Positions 8,161 to 16,028 of a DNA stretch of 19,441 nucleotides are shown in pieces. The position numbers and the translations under genes are program-made. The DNA comes from an uncultured bacterium (lineage in GTDB: Bacteria; CSSED10-310; CAZUFC01), in contig CAZUFC010000141.1 in NCBI GenBank assembly GCA_964619725.1, positions 1 to 19,441 on the forward strand, written 5' to 3'. The notes under the pieces are model-generated. The model made no database searches. It had not been told where the DNA came from and was given only the letters and a program-made list of their open reading frames with translations. Each line of letters starts with the position of its first letter. The first letter of the stretch is position 1.

Positions 8161-8820
8161 TCAACTTCCGCGTGATTGCAGCATGCCGACGGCTTCCGTC
8201 AGCAGATATTTCTTCATTTCCTGCAAATCAAAATCGATAAGCATCTGAGGCAAATCGGCCTGAGTTATTTTTTTCACCAACATTAACCTCTCAGGTATAA
8301 TAAAATCCAGTCCTTTGATTCCAAATCTCTGCTCAGTCTTCCTGATCAGCTCGATCAACCGCAGCTTTGAGCTGATAAGAATGAAATAAATATCTGTCAA
8401 ATCCTTGGGATCGTAACGGTCAGTCAGGGCGATGAGTTTACCCGTAACGATATTCAACAGGCTGTCCACTTCGAGTCGTCCAATTTTTTTCCTGTCCTGA
8501 AGGCTTTTGAAAGGATAAACCGTAAACTCCAGTTTTAGAACCTCTTTATCTGAAAAGATCAACTCAAATATACGGCGATCATAAAGTCGCTCAAAACGAA
8601 TATCCTCGACCCCTCCTTTTTTAAGCGCTCCTGTCAGATATTCTATGCGCGGCATCTTTTCATCCGAATCGGTAAAAAAATCAAGGTCCATAGACAGCCT
8701 GTGCTCCAGGTAAAAAGCCGAAAGAGCCGTACCGCCCGTCAAGTAAAAGTTGTTCATCAACAGATCGGGTAAATGACGGATAATAATCTTCTGCTTCTTA
8801 TTCAATATCCTGTTCTTCAC
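8161..8820 (-). CDS. AbiEii/AbiGii-family nucleotidyltransferase (type IV toxin-like)
   Basis: Signature FYLTGGTALSAFYLEHRLSMDLDFF plus K..AL.DR..PKDLTDIY. The GTG start at 8820 overlaps the upstream ORF; the exact start is uncertain. Confidence 0.9.
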   Translation of the reverse strand: MKNRILNKKQKIIIRHLPDLLMNNFYLTGGTALSAFYLEHRLSMDLDFFTDSDEKMPRIEYLTGALKKGGVEDIRFERLYDRRIFELIFSDKEVLKLEFTVYPFKSLQDRKKIGRLEVDSLLNIVTGKLIALTDRYDPKDLTDIYFILISSKLRLIELIRKTEQRFGIKGLDFIIPERLMLVKKITQADLPQMLIDFDLQEMKKYLLTEAVGMLQSRGS

Positions 8821-9013
8821 CGCACATCATCCTGATCAGCTCTTTCCGCTCCCAGGGAACCTTGATCTCGTCAAGCCGTTTAAGAAGGATTCGCTTATCT
8901 TCCTCCGTCATTCTATCATAAATAAAAGGGAAATATTCCGCCAGCCGGGTCGCTCGCCATAATTCGTCCTTCAGCGGATGAGGATAATCCCACGTCAATT
9001 TTTCCAGGTCCAT
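8798..9013 (-). CDS. Small helical protein, putative partner/antitoxin of the AbiEii-type nucleotidyltransferase
   Basis: 71 aa, overlapping the toxin gene start. 'L.WDY...R..EY' resembles the short proteins commonly found upstream of AbiEii genes. GGAG lies upstream. Confidence 0.7.
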   Translation of the reverse strand: MDLEKLTWDYPHPLKDELWRATRLAEYFPFIYDRMTEEDKRILLKRLDEIKVPWERKELIRMMCGEEQDIE

Positions 9014-9099
9014 TTTTCAGGCTCCATCAGCCTTCAAGTCAATTACGCCAATAAATGAAGCGCCTGCGTAAAAAAAACCGCCTCCATTCGCCTCAATTT

Positions 9100-9128
9100 A
9101 AAATAACAATTAAACGAAAAGGAGTCAA
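9100..9128 (-). promoter_or_regulatory. Putative sigma70 promoter of the toxin module
   Basis: Minus strand TTGACT, 17-nt spacer ending in TGT, then TATTTT (extended -10 like), about 87 nt upstream of ATG 9013. Confidence 0.5.
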
Positions 9129-9226
9129 AGACGGAACATTTTTGAATTCTGTTCCGGTATTGATCAGATAAGCTCCAAAAATGTCCGATTCCTGCTTGTA
9201 GATAAGAGTAAAAAGAGCTTATCCCT

Positions 9227-9373
9227 AGGACTGATCAAACGGGATTACGCTTTTTCAAAACGTTTGACGGTTTGTTTCTGCAATAGGGGTCGGTATCGGG
9301 ATCGGTATCGAAACAAAATGATGGAACATTCTGTAGAATTGCAACCCAAAAAGACGTATTTTTGATCAATGCC
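9227..9373 (+). mobile_element. MITE-like dispersed repeat of the 'CTGATCA' family, copy B
   Basis: AGGACTGATCAAACGGGATTACGCTTTTTC...GTTTGTTTC...GGGGTCGG...ATCGAAACAAAAT...AATTGCAACC...TGATCAATGCC, colinear with copy A. Confidence 0.65.
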
Positions 9374-9475
9374 ATTTTTTATCAGTCAACGTCAGGAGAT
9401 GTGAATGTCTTCTTTTGCTCAACGCTCAAAAAATACCCTTTCATCAATCAAAATACGGCGCCGGACATTCGCTTT

Positions 9476-10081
9476 TTAGAAACCCGCCATATAGTCCCAA
9501 CAGAAGGGTCCTTTTGATGCTGTACCCGGTCTGAGATCAGATTTTTTAATTATTTCGCAGGCTTCGGGAATAGTCAGGGCCGTTTTCAGTTTCTTGACGA
9601 AAAGTCCCAGCCAGAAGCGCCTCAAATCGGTGATCATTATTTTACCGTCTTTTCGGGTCGTTCGTTCCGTTTCATTCAGCATTTTAACGGGATCGTCAAC
9701 CACATGGAGCATGAATGTATTGACCGAGACGTCGAACTCTTCATCATCGAAATCCATGTTCTGAACATCGCCCTCCATCAGGGTTATCCTTTCTTGGAAC
9801 CCGGTTTTTTCGACCAGGGAGCGTCCCAGTTCCAGCAGGGGTTCTCCCAGGTCGATGCCTGTAATTACCGCTTCGGGAAAAGTTCGCGCCAGGGCGATGG
9901 GGACAGCGGCGAACCCGCATCCGGCATCCAGGATTTTACCGCTTTTAAAACCCGATTTCTTTAATATTTCCGCTAACCTCTTCCCGACCCGTTCAATATT
10001 TTTGGCGTTTCTTTTGTAGTATCCCTCGGCCCATTCCTGATCGTTAAAAACTACCGGGTGGAATAATTCGGCTCGTTTCAC
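9476..10081 (-). CDS. Class I SAM-dependent methyltransferase
   Basis: Motif I ILDAGCG, ITGIDL, EGDVQNMDF...FDV and LHVVDDP. GTG at 10081 follows AGGAGG; the ORF is open from ATG 10108. Confidence 0.88.
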   Translation of the reverse strand: MKRAELFHPVVFNDQEWAEGYYKRNAKNIERVGKRLAEILKKSGFKSGKILDAGCGFAAVPIALARTFPEAVITGIDLGEPLLELGRSLVEKTGFQERITLMEGDVQNMDFDDEEFDVSVNTFMLHVVDDPVKMLNETERTTRKDGKIMITDLRRFWLGLFVKKLKTALTIPEACEIIKKSDLRPGTASKGPFCWDYMAGF

Positions 10082-10189
10082 TCTGACCTCCTTTTCACAA
10101 AGAAACATAAAACGCTGACCAGTAAGTCGTCATTGATCAGGATTGACTGCTGTTCGGATCGACAGTTTAATATACTCTTGCAGACTGTA

Positions 10190-11581
10190 TCAAACGGCTG
10201 TCGAGACGCTTGAAAAGGTGAATTTGTCGATTCGCATGGGAGGCATAATCAGCCGCATCTGATAATAACGGATCAACCTCGGTTCGCCCAGCGCCTCGAT
10301 GTGATTCAAGGAAACCAGGGGACTTTCGTTGAACCGGAAATTACGGACAGGAGCGACGATCCTGCCGTTTTTGATCCGGAACGTTCCGTCTCTAGTCAGT
10401 CCCGTCAGGAGCATGGTATTCGGATCAACGAAACGTATATACCAGAGGTTTGAAACAAGAATGCCGTCATCGGTCGTCTTTATCAGCTCTTCCAGGGAAG
10501 CGTCTTCGCCTTCCATCAGAATCTGGCGGGGCAATCCGTATGGTTCTATGCCTTTTTTTACAGCCCAGTAATAAGGATAAAAAACGTTCTTGATATGTCC
10601 CTCTTTAATCAGGTAATTTTCCTTTACGGGAAGTCCTGAGCTGAAAAGATTAGCCGCAGCGCCCTGTCCCGCATCTCCGTCCAGGCTCAGAGCGGAACCG
10701 AAAGGCAGACCGGGATATCTCTCGTGCCCGACGATGCTCCGGAACGATGCCTTCTCGCTGAAAACCTTCTGATTGATGATGGAACTGCCGTTTTTATACC
10801 GGGAAAGAAAAGACCTGTTTTCGTCGATCTTCCTGGCATCGAAACCGAAAAACATAGGCGCCAGGAAATTGGCCGCTGCCTGTGAAGTCAATATGACCTT
10901 GTAATCGCCCGGTTCCAGAGTTTCAGGATCAGAAGTCTGCCTGGCGGTTTCCGCAGCCTGCTTCATCAGGAGCTCCGGTTCCAGGAATCGCGGACTGTAT
11001 TCAAATTGTTCCTCACGCGCGCTCCCGCGACCGTCCGGCGTCCTCATCGTCACGCTGTATCCCGTGTCCGTAAACCTGTGATACGCGAACAATCCGTTGC
11101 TGTTCATGACGCTGGTGAACGACAAATTATTCTGCACCGTTCCGAAAGCGTCCAAATGCATTTTTTCCGCATAAGAACAGGTTTCGCCGACTATTTCAGC
11201 TCGATGCTCCTCGTTGAATTTCTCCGCATCGCTGTCCCATCCCCTTACTTCCGGATACTTGCTCACGCTGACCGGCGGCAGATGCTCCCGGTTGACCGGC
11301 ATGAAACGGGCGTTCTTTACGCAGGAATTTACCGTCCTCTTTATCGATTCATCGTCGATTTTATTGATTGAAATGTAATTCTCGCGATTATTGACTGATA
11401 CGCCTATACGCAAATGTATGTTTTTCCTGATGACGTTCTGAGTCATCATATTTCTGGCGAAACGCGACAGCGCCTTTTCCGAACCGCTGAGTTCGACGGC
11501 CGCTTCGTCCGCTCCGGCCTGCAGCGCCGTCTTCAGCGTTTTCTCCAGAATATGTCCTGTTTCCGTTTGGTTCAATATCAT
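10190..11581 (-). CDS. tldE: TldE/PmbA family protein (non-catalytic subunit)
   Basis: SRFARN, LEPGDYKVIL and WYIRFVDP...LTGLTRDGTFRIKNGRIVAPVRNFRFNESP, with no HExxH. ATG 11581 overlaps the tldD stop (ATGA), so the longer 11713 start is unlikely. Confidence 0.88.
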   Translation of the reverse strand: MILNQTETGHILEKTLKTALQAGADEAAVELSGSEKALSRFARNMMTQNVIRKNIHLRIGVSVNNRENYISINKIDDESIKRTVNSCVKNARFMPVNREHLPPVSVSKYPEVRGWDSDAEKFNEEHRAEIVGETCSYAEKMHLDAFGTVQNNLSFTSVMNSNGLFAYHRFTDTGYSVTMRTPDGRGSAREEQFEYSPRFLEPELLMKQAAETARQTSDPETLEPGDYKVILTSQAAANFLAPMFFGFDARKIDENRSFLSRYKNGSSIINQKVFSEKASFRSIVGHERYPGLPFGSALSLDGDAGQGAAANLFSSGLPVKENYLIKEGHIKNVFYPYYWAVKKGIEPYGLPRQILMEGEDASLEELIKTTDDGILVSNLWYIRFVDPNTMLLTGLTRDGTFRIKNGRIVAPVRNFRFNESPLVSLNHIEALGEPRLIRYYQMRLIMPPMRIDKFTFSSVSTAV

Positions 11582-13038
11582 AATCTTGCACATCCTACCC
11601 TGACGTTTTTCACTCTCAACGGCGCGCTGCCGTGCGTCATTTGCGCCACCTGCGGCGGCTGACCTTTGCCGCAACTCGTTATGCCGTAGGGACGCCACTC
11701 TTCCTGTCCGCAAACCGCATCCACTGAACTCCAGAAATCCGGGTTATGCGACTGGTATACAGCGTTTCTGAGCATGCCCTGGACTTTTCCGTTCTCTATC
11801 ACCCGAACGGAATCCGCGCCGAACTGAAAATTTATCCTCTGCTGATCGATGCTGAAACTGGCCGTGCCGTCCATCAACAAAGCACGCTTCGTATCCTTGA
11901 TAAGCGTCTCCAAATCCGGCGCCCCATTCTTGCCGGCCCGGATGCATACGTTGGGCATACGAAGTATAGGCACCGAATTCCAGGAATCAGCGTAACTGCA
12001 GCCGCGGCTTTCACTTTCGCCGATAATATGAGCCGTATCCATGGTGGTGGAAAAGCCCGTCAGAATACCATCACTGATGATATCCCATTTTCCTGTTTTT
12101 ATGCCGTCATCGTCATAGGGAATGGACGACCGGCCGCAATTCAAAATCCGGTCCGCCGTCACATTGAAAATATCCGAACCGTAACGTAGCGATCCCAGCC
12201 CCTCAGGCCTGGCCCAACTCGTACCCGCGAAATCAGCTTCCCAGCCCAGAGAACGGTCCAGCTCCGTCGCATGCCCGATAGTTTCATGTATCACCAGGCA
12301 GGTATGACTGGGCAACAAAATCAAATCCATCGTATCTTCGGGACAGAAGGGAGCATTCAGCTTCTCCACCGCTTCCTTCCCGATCCTTTCCGCATTTTCA
12401 AGCATAGGCAGCTCTTCAATGTGCTCATATCCGCAGTTCAGCGGCGTATCGAAAAACGTCCGCTGCTCGAACCCGCCCGGTCCAGCCGCTGTGGCGGAAT
12501 ATCCCGCAAGACTCCTGATGAAGGACTGATCAATGTAACTGCCCAGAGTATCCGCAAAATATTTCCGGCAATGAGTAAACCCCATGCTCGCCGCAGTCCA
12601 GGTCACACCGGGAATCCCTCCAGACTTTTCATTAATCTTAAGAAGCAGCTCGATCTTCTCCTCCAGGGGCACTGTAAAGGGGTCCTTCTCATAAGACGCG
12701 GTCCAGGAATCGACGACAACGGGCTTGGAAACCAGACTCAGCTTATGTTTCATAAACCGGGATGCCGATTCGGCAGTGGAAACGGCCAACTCAACAGCGG
12801 ATGCAATATGAGTCTTATCGATATCATGACTGCTCGCAAATCCCCAGCAACCGTTCACCATCACCCGTACGCCGAATCCCAGCGATTCCACTTCAGAAAT
12901 AGACGTTACCAGTTGATTCCGAGCCGTAATCTTCTCATCCTTCTGACTCACGATACGTATGTCGCCGTAATTAACCCCGCGACGGCTCATCTCATCAACC
13001 GCAAATGCCAATAAGTCTCTCAACTTCATCTCCTCCAC
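11578..13038 (-). CDS. tldD: TldD family metalloprotease
   Basis: GFGVRV.VNG.WGFAS, catalytic IHETIGHATELDR, PILRMPNV, SFSIDQQRINFQFG and C-terminal CGKGQPPQ. Start is GTG 13038 or ATG 13029. Confidence 0.93.
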   Translation of the reverse strand: MEEMKLRDLLAFAVDEMSRRGVNYGDIRIVSQKDEKITARNQLVTSISEVESLGFGVRVMVNGCWGFASSHDIDKTHIASAVELAVSTAESASRFMKHKLSLVSKPVVVDSWTASYEKDPFTVPLEEKIELLLKINEKSGGIPGVTWTAASMGFTHCRKYFADTLGSYIDQSFIRSLAGYSATAAGPGGFEQRTFFDTPLNCGYEHIEELPMLENAERIGKEAVEKLNAPFCPEDTMDLILLPSHTCLVIHETIGHATELDRSLGWEADFAGTSWARPEGLGSLRYGSDIFNVTADRILNCGRSSIPYDDDGIKTGKWDIISDGILTGFSTTMDTAHIIGESESRGCSYADSWNSVPILRMPNVCIRAGKNGAPDLETLIKDTKRALLMDGTASFSIDQQRINFQFGADSVRVIENGKVQGMLRNAVYQSHNPDFWSSVDAVCGQEEWRPYGITSCGKGQPPQVAQMTHGSAPLRVKNVRVGCARL

Positions 13039-13162
13039 ATTATCAATGCCTTATCCACGTTCTTAACAACCGGAGCAACCTCCGGCAAAACTGAGTCTAG
13101 CGCTTTTTTTCCGCAATGCAAGTTTTGAGTATTTTGAATCACATGAGCGGCAGCGATTGTAA

Positions 13163-13186
13163 ATCGGGATCGGTATCGGAATCGGA
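13163..13186. repeat. (ATCGGN)4 hexamer repeat
   Basis: ATCGGG ATCGGT ATCGGA ATCGGA. The same hexamer occurs at about 9289-9312 and 8014-8025. Confidence 0.75.
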
Positions 13187-13285
13187 GGCGAAATTCCGGG
13201 GCGCCGTGCTGAATGAAGAAGTGAACGATATCTGGGGGATCAGGATTTGATTGAATTCGGTTCGGGGCTTTAATGATAAAGGGGA

Positions 13286-13337
13286 AAGGGACAAAGCGAC
13301 CAAGGGACCTAAGGGACCTAAAGGACAGAAGGGACAC
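13286..13337. repeat. Imperfect 8-9 bp purine-rich tandem repeat (AAGGGACNN), about 6 copies
   Basis: AAGGGACA AAGCGACC AAGGGACCT AAGGGACCT AAAGGACAG AAGGGACAC. Confidence 0.8.
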
Positions 13338-13412
13338 ATGGAATTAAAAAAATTTGTTTTAGCAAAAACCGGTATCTGAAAATTAACCGTCTCGCAGAAG
13401 AGACGAAATTTT

Positions 13413-13461
13413 GGGTCTGATCATAGGGGCTGCACTTTTTCATAAAACGTTTGGCTGTTTG
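13413..13461 (+). repeat. 'CTGATCA' family repeat, partial copy C (left end only)
   Basis: GGGTCTGATCATAGGGGCTGCACTTTTTCATAAAACGTTTGGCTGTTTG aligns with the left ends of copies A, B and D. Confidence 0.6.
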
Positions 13462-13469
13462 AAAACCCC

Positions 13470-13652
13470 TAACCCGGATTTCTCATACAAAACCTGTTAC
13501 GAGCGTCCATACCCCCGCACCTTCAAGCGCTGCTCCCTACGGCCTTGCTCAACGTAGCGCTGCTATGTTTCCGCAGTCCTCCAGTCCGCTACGCTTGAAT
13601 TTGCGGGAATCTGGACGCTCTCACTAGGATTTTGTATGAGAAATCCGGGCTA
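13470..13652. mobile_element. MITE of about 180 bp with 20-bp perfect inverted repeats and TA at both boundaries
   Basis: CCCGGATTTCTCATACAAAA (13473-13492) and TTTTGTATGAGAAATCCGGG (13630-13649). Nested inner inverted repeats GAGCGTCCA/TGGACGCTC, CCCGCA/TGCGGG and TTCAAGCG/CGCTTGAA. No ORF. Confidence 0.8.
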
Positions 13653-13666
13653 ATCCGCTAAAAAAC

Positions 13667-13720
13667 AACCCAATCTTACTCCCCCTCTCCATTCATGGAG
13701 AGGGGGCCGGGGGGTGAGGT
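13667..13720. repeat. REP-like palindromic element, copy 2
   Basis: CCCCCTCTCCA-ttca-TGGAGAGGGGG-CCGGGGGGTGAGGT; 51/54 identical to 3712-3765. Confidence 0.9.
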
Positions 13721-13777
13721 CAACCCGCCGACAACAATCAAAACCGCAAAGATTTATACCGGCAGTTTTTCGCTGAT

Positions 13778-13871
13778 AAAAAATTGCCCTCCCTAGTGTG
13801 CTCCGTCAGCAGACGCAGCCTTTGAAGGCAGCGCTTCTCCTCACTCCGCACGCGGGGCAAGACAATTTTTT
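13778..13871. other. Long imperfect inverted repeat/hairpin just downstream of the collagen-FGE gene
   Basis: Outer arms AAAAAATTG (13778-13786) and CAATTTTTT (13863-13871) enclose a GC-rich core with the inner hairpin CGCAGCCT-ttga-AGGCAGCG. Confidence 0.55.
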
Positions 13872-13904
13872 AAAAGTGCAAAAGCGTAAAAGTATAAAGG
13901 GTAA

Positions 13905-16028
13905 TTAAAGCGTCCTCGCAGGGCGGATGCCGACATTGACGTAGCTGTCGTCGGGCGAGTAGCTGTACCGGCGAGCAGCACGACAGTACATCGCATCGTG
14001 GATGCAACTCCCGCCGCGGAGAATACGGAGCGAGCCTGAATCAGGTCCTGCAGGGTCCTCAACCGGTCCGCTTGGATAGCCGGCATAATAGTCCCAGCAC
14101 CATTCCAAGACATCACCATGCATATCATGCAATTCCCATGCGTTGGCCTGTTTCTGACCGACATCTTGCGTCTGGTTTCCAGAAGTGTATTTATACCACG
14201 CCAAAGGATCAAGATTAGAATCGTTGGTGCAGCCGGTATTATCCTGCCCGCTGTTGTAAGCCGTATCTGTTCCGGCCCTGCAAGCGTATTCCCACTCCGC
14301 TTCAGTGGGCAGCCTGTATCCATTCGCCGACTGGTCCCAGTATACCGTGCCGCCGGTGACAGGCGGCGTTCCGTCGAAGACCGTCGTATGAGTTTCATCC
14401 GTATAATAACAGGGCGTTAATCCCTCATTGATGGAAATATGATTACAGTAGATACAGGCATCATACCAGGTTATTTGCTCGACAGGTCTGTCGTCGCCAT
14501 TAAAATATGAGGGATTAGTCCCAAAAACATCCACCCATTGGGACTGGGTAACTTCCGTTTTCTGAATGATGAATCCTATGGTCAAGGTTACCGAATGCCG
14601 AAGTTCATCGCTTTCACGGCACATTTCGTCCGTCGGAGACCCCATCTGAAACGTTCCCGGTGGGCAATAAGTGAAATTATCCGGTATATTAACGATCATC
14701 AGGTAATCGCCGGTCCTGTAGACGGCTCCGAACGTCAGTCCGGCCGCCAGAGCTTCCGCATTATCCGCATATTCGGGAATATCTGTCAGTTGCAGTCGCG
14801 ACGTTGGACTATCCGTGCCGATACCCACTGAACCAGTGGTTTCGTCATAGTAGACTTCTGCGCCGGCAGGCGTTCCTTCGTCGTTGTAAATAAGCTGCCT
14901 GTTCGATCCGCCGGCAGGGCCTTCAGGACCGGTGGGTCCTTCGGCTCCCGTATCGCCCTTTGGGCCGGCTATGCCCGTATCGCCCCGGGGACCTTCCGGA
15001 CCGATGGGGCCTGTCGGACCTGTTTCGCCGACGGCGCCCGTATCGCCCTGTGGACCGACCGCTCCTGTAAAGCCTGCAGGACCGGTCGAACCTTCAGCGC
15101 CTGCCGGACCTGTTGGGCCGGCAACTCCCGTATCGCCCTGCGGGCCCATGATTCCTGTGTAACCGGTCGGGCCGGTCGGACCCGCAGCGCCGGTGTCTCC
15201 TTTCGGACCGACATATCCCGTATCGCCTGTGGGGCCTGTCGGACCGGCAGCGCCTGTCGCCCCCGTCGGACCGGTCGGACCGGTCTCCCCGGCAAGACCC
15301 ATAACGCCCGTTTCGCCTTGCCCTCCCATAGGACCTGTTTCGCCCATCATTCCCGTCGGACCCGTTAAACCCGTATCGCCCTTCGGACCAGCAACACCCG
15401 TATCGCCAGCAGGGCCGGTCGGGCCGGCAGGACCTTCAGCGCCGGTGGCTCCTGCAGGACCTTCCAGTCCCGTCGGATCGCCCACCCATTGGCCCGTCTC
15501 GTCTATTACCGTCGCAGCTTTGCCGGCGTAACCTACTATGCTTACGCTGCGGGGAGTGATGTCATTGTCGTATACATCCTCCGCCTGCAAGGCATAACCC
15601 GCACCCATTATTCGCTGATCGGGCGTCAGAAGCTGAAACCCGTTCACTCCGTCGGAAAACCACACCCGCAGATATGCCTCATCCGTTTCAAATACCGATG
15701 CCGGTATGGGCTCCATATTATCCATTCCATCCGCATCGCCCAGCATTACGTTATACAGCCCGTTCGTCACGGGCGTTTCCACTGCCGACTCAGGAAGATC
15801 GGGCTCTTTTCCGTCGTTGGTCCATAATATCTCACCCATACCGTCCACTATCGCAAACATGAAATATCCCGGCTCCGGTCCTGTCTCACCGTACGGCTCG
15901 CCGTTCACTTCCACCTTGCCCTGGTAGTTGATCATGCCCGGCGCCGCCTCGATTGACGATTGAAAAACAAGCGACAATACAATGAAAAATGACGTAACGG
16001 AAATACATAATACGAATGATCTCCTCAT
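13905..16028 (-). CDS. Secreted collagen-like fibre protein with C-terminal FGE-sulfatase (SUMF1-like, C-type lectin fold) domain
   Basis: Signal peptide, N-terminal '[10 protein letters not shown]...YLRVWFSDG...PDQRI..GYAL.A' domain, 63 G-X-Y triplets and a 'VGIGT.SP' fibre motif. The FGE-type motifs are [58 protein letters not shown] and RILRGGS...G.R.AR. GGGGAG lies upstream. Confidence 0.92.
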   Translation of the reverse strand: MRRSFVLCISVTSFFIVLSLVFQSSIEAAPGMINYQGKVEVNGEPYGETGPEPGYFMFAIVDGMGEILWTNDGKEPDLPESAVETPVTNGLYNVMLGDADGMDNMEPIPASVFETDEAYLRVWFSDGVNGFQLLTPDQRIMGAGYALQAEDVYDNDITPRSVSIVGYAGKAATVIDETGQWVGDPTGLEGPAGATGAEGPAGPTGPAGDTGVAGPKGDTGLTGPTGMMGETGPMGGQGETGVMGLAGETGPTGPTGATGAAGPTGPTGDTGYVGPKGDTGAAGPTGPTGYTGIMGPQGDTGVAGPTGPAGAEGSTGPAGFTGAVGPQGDTGAVGETGPTGPIGPEGPRGDTGIAGPKGDTGAEGPTGPEGPAGGSNRQLIYNDEGTPAGAEVYYDETTGSVGIGTDSPTSRLQLTDIPEYADNAEALAAGLTFGAVYRTGDYLMIVNIPDNFTYCPPGTFQMGSPTDEMCRESDELRHSVTLTIGFIIQKTEVTQSQWVDVFGTNPSYFNGDDRPVEQITWYDACIYCNHISINEGLTPCYYTDETHTTVFDGTPPVTGGTVYWDQSANGYRLPTEAEWEYACRAGTDTAYNSGQDNTGCTNDSNLDPLAWYKYTSGNQTQDVGQKQANAWELHDMHGDVLEWCWDYYAGYPSGPVEDPAGPDSGSLRILRGGSCIHDAMYCRAARRYSYSPDDSYVNVGIRPARTL
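14904..15470 (-). repeat. Collagen triple-helix repeat, 63 uninterrupted Gly-X-Y triplets
   Basis: Runs from GLE-GPA-GAT to GPE-GPA-GGS, 567 nt, rich in GPT, GDT and GET. Confidence 0.95.

Noticed and set aside
7957-9373. Integron cassette with attC sites
   Set aside because: The repeats lack clear RYYYAAC/GTTRRRY core ends and there is no integrase in the window; they fit MITE-like elements better.
11582-11713. N-terminal extension of TldE as given in the ORF track
   Set aside because: It would overlap tldD by 136 nt; the ATGA-coupled start at 11581 is more plausible.
12271-13014. 247-aa plus-strand ORF
   Set aside because: It is antisense to tldD and has no motifs. The same applies to the other small ORFs nested in the ATP-grasp, DUF4397-like, tldE and GMC genes.
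13026-13339. Short ORFs as a RiPP precursor or second collagen-like peptide upstream of tldD
   Set aside because: Their repetitive residues (PLGPLGPL, SDSDTDPD) are just translations of the DNA micro-repeats, and there is no clear ribosome-binding site.
13841-14398. 185-aa ORF overlapping the FGE domain in another frame
   Set aside because: It is a shadow frame of a well-supported gene and has no recognisable motifs.
14932-15531. Pro/Gly-rich or Arg-rich ORFs over the collagen region
   Set aside because: These are antisense or alternate-frame readings of the G-X-Y repeat.
2158-16028. Sulfatase plus formylglycine-generating enzyme as a maturation pair
   Set aside because: The hydrolase has Thr rather than Cys/Ser at the modified position. 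The FGE-type domain sits on a collagen fibre 10 kb away and looks like the non-enzymatic lectin-fold type.
13905-16028. Prophage tail fibre gene
   Set aside because: It has a Sec-type signal peptide and there are no phage structural, packaging or integrase genes nearby.
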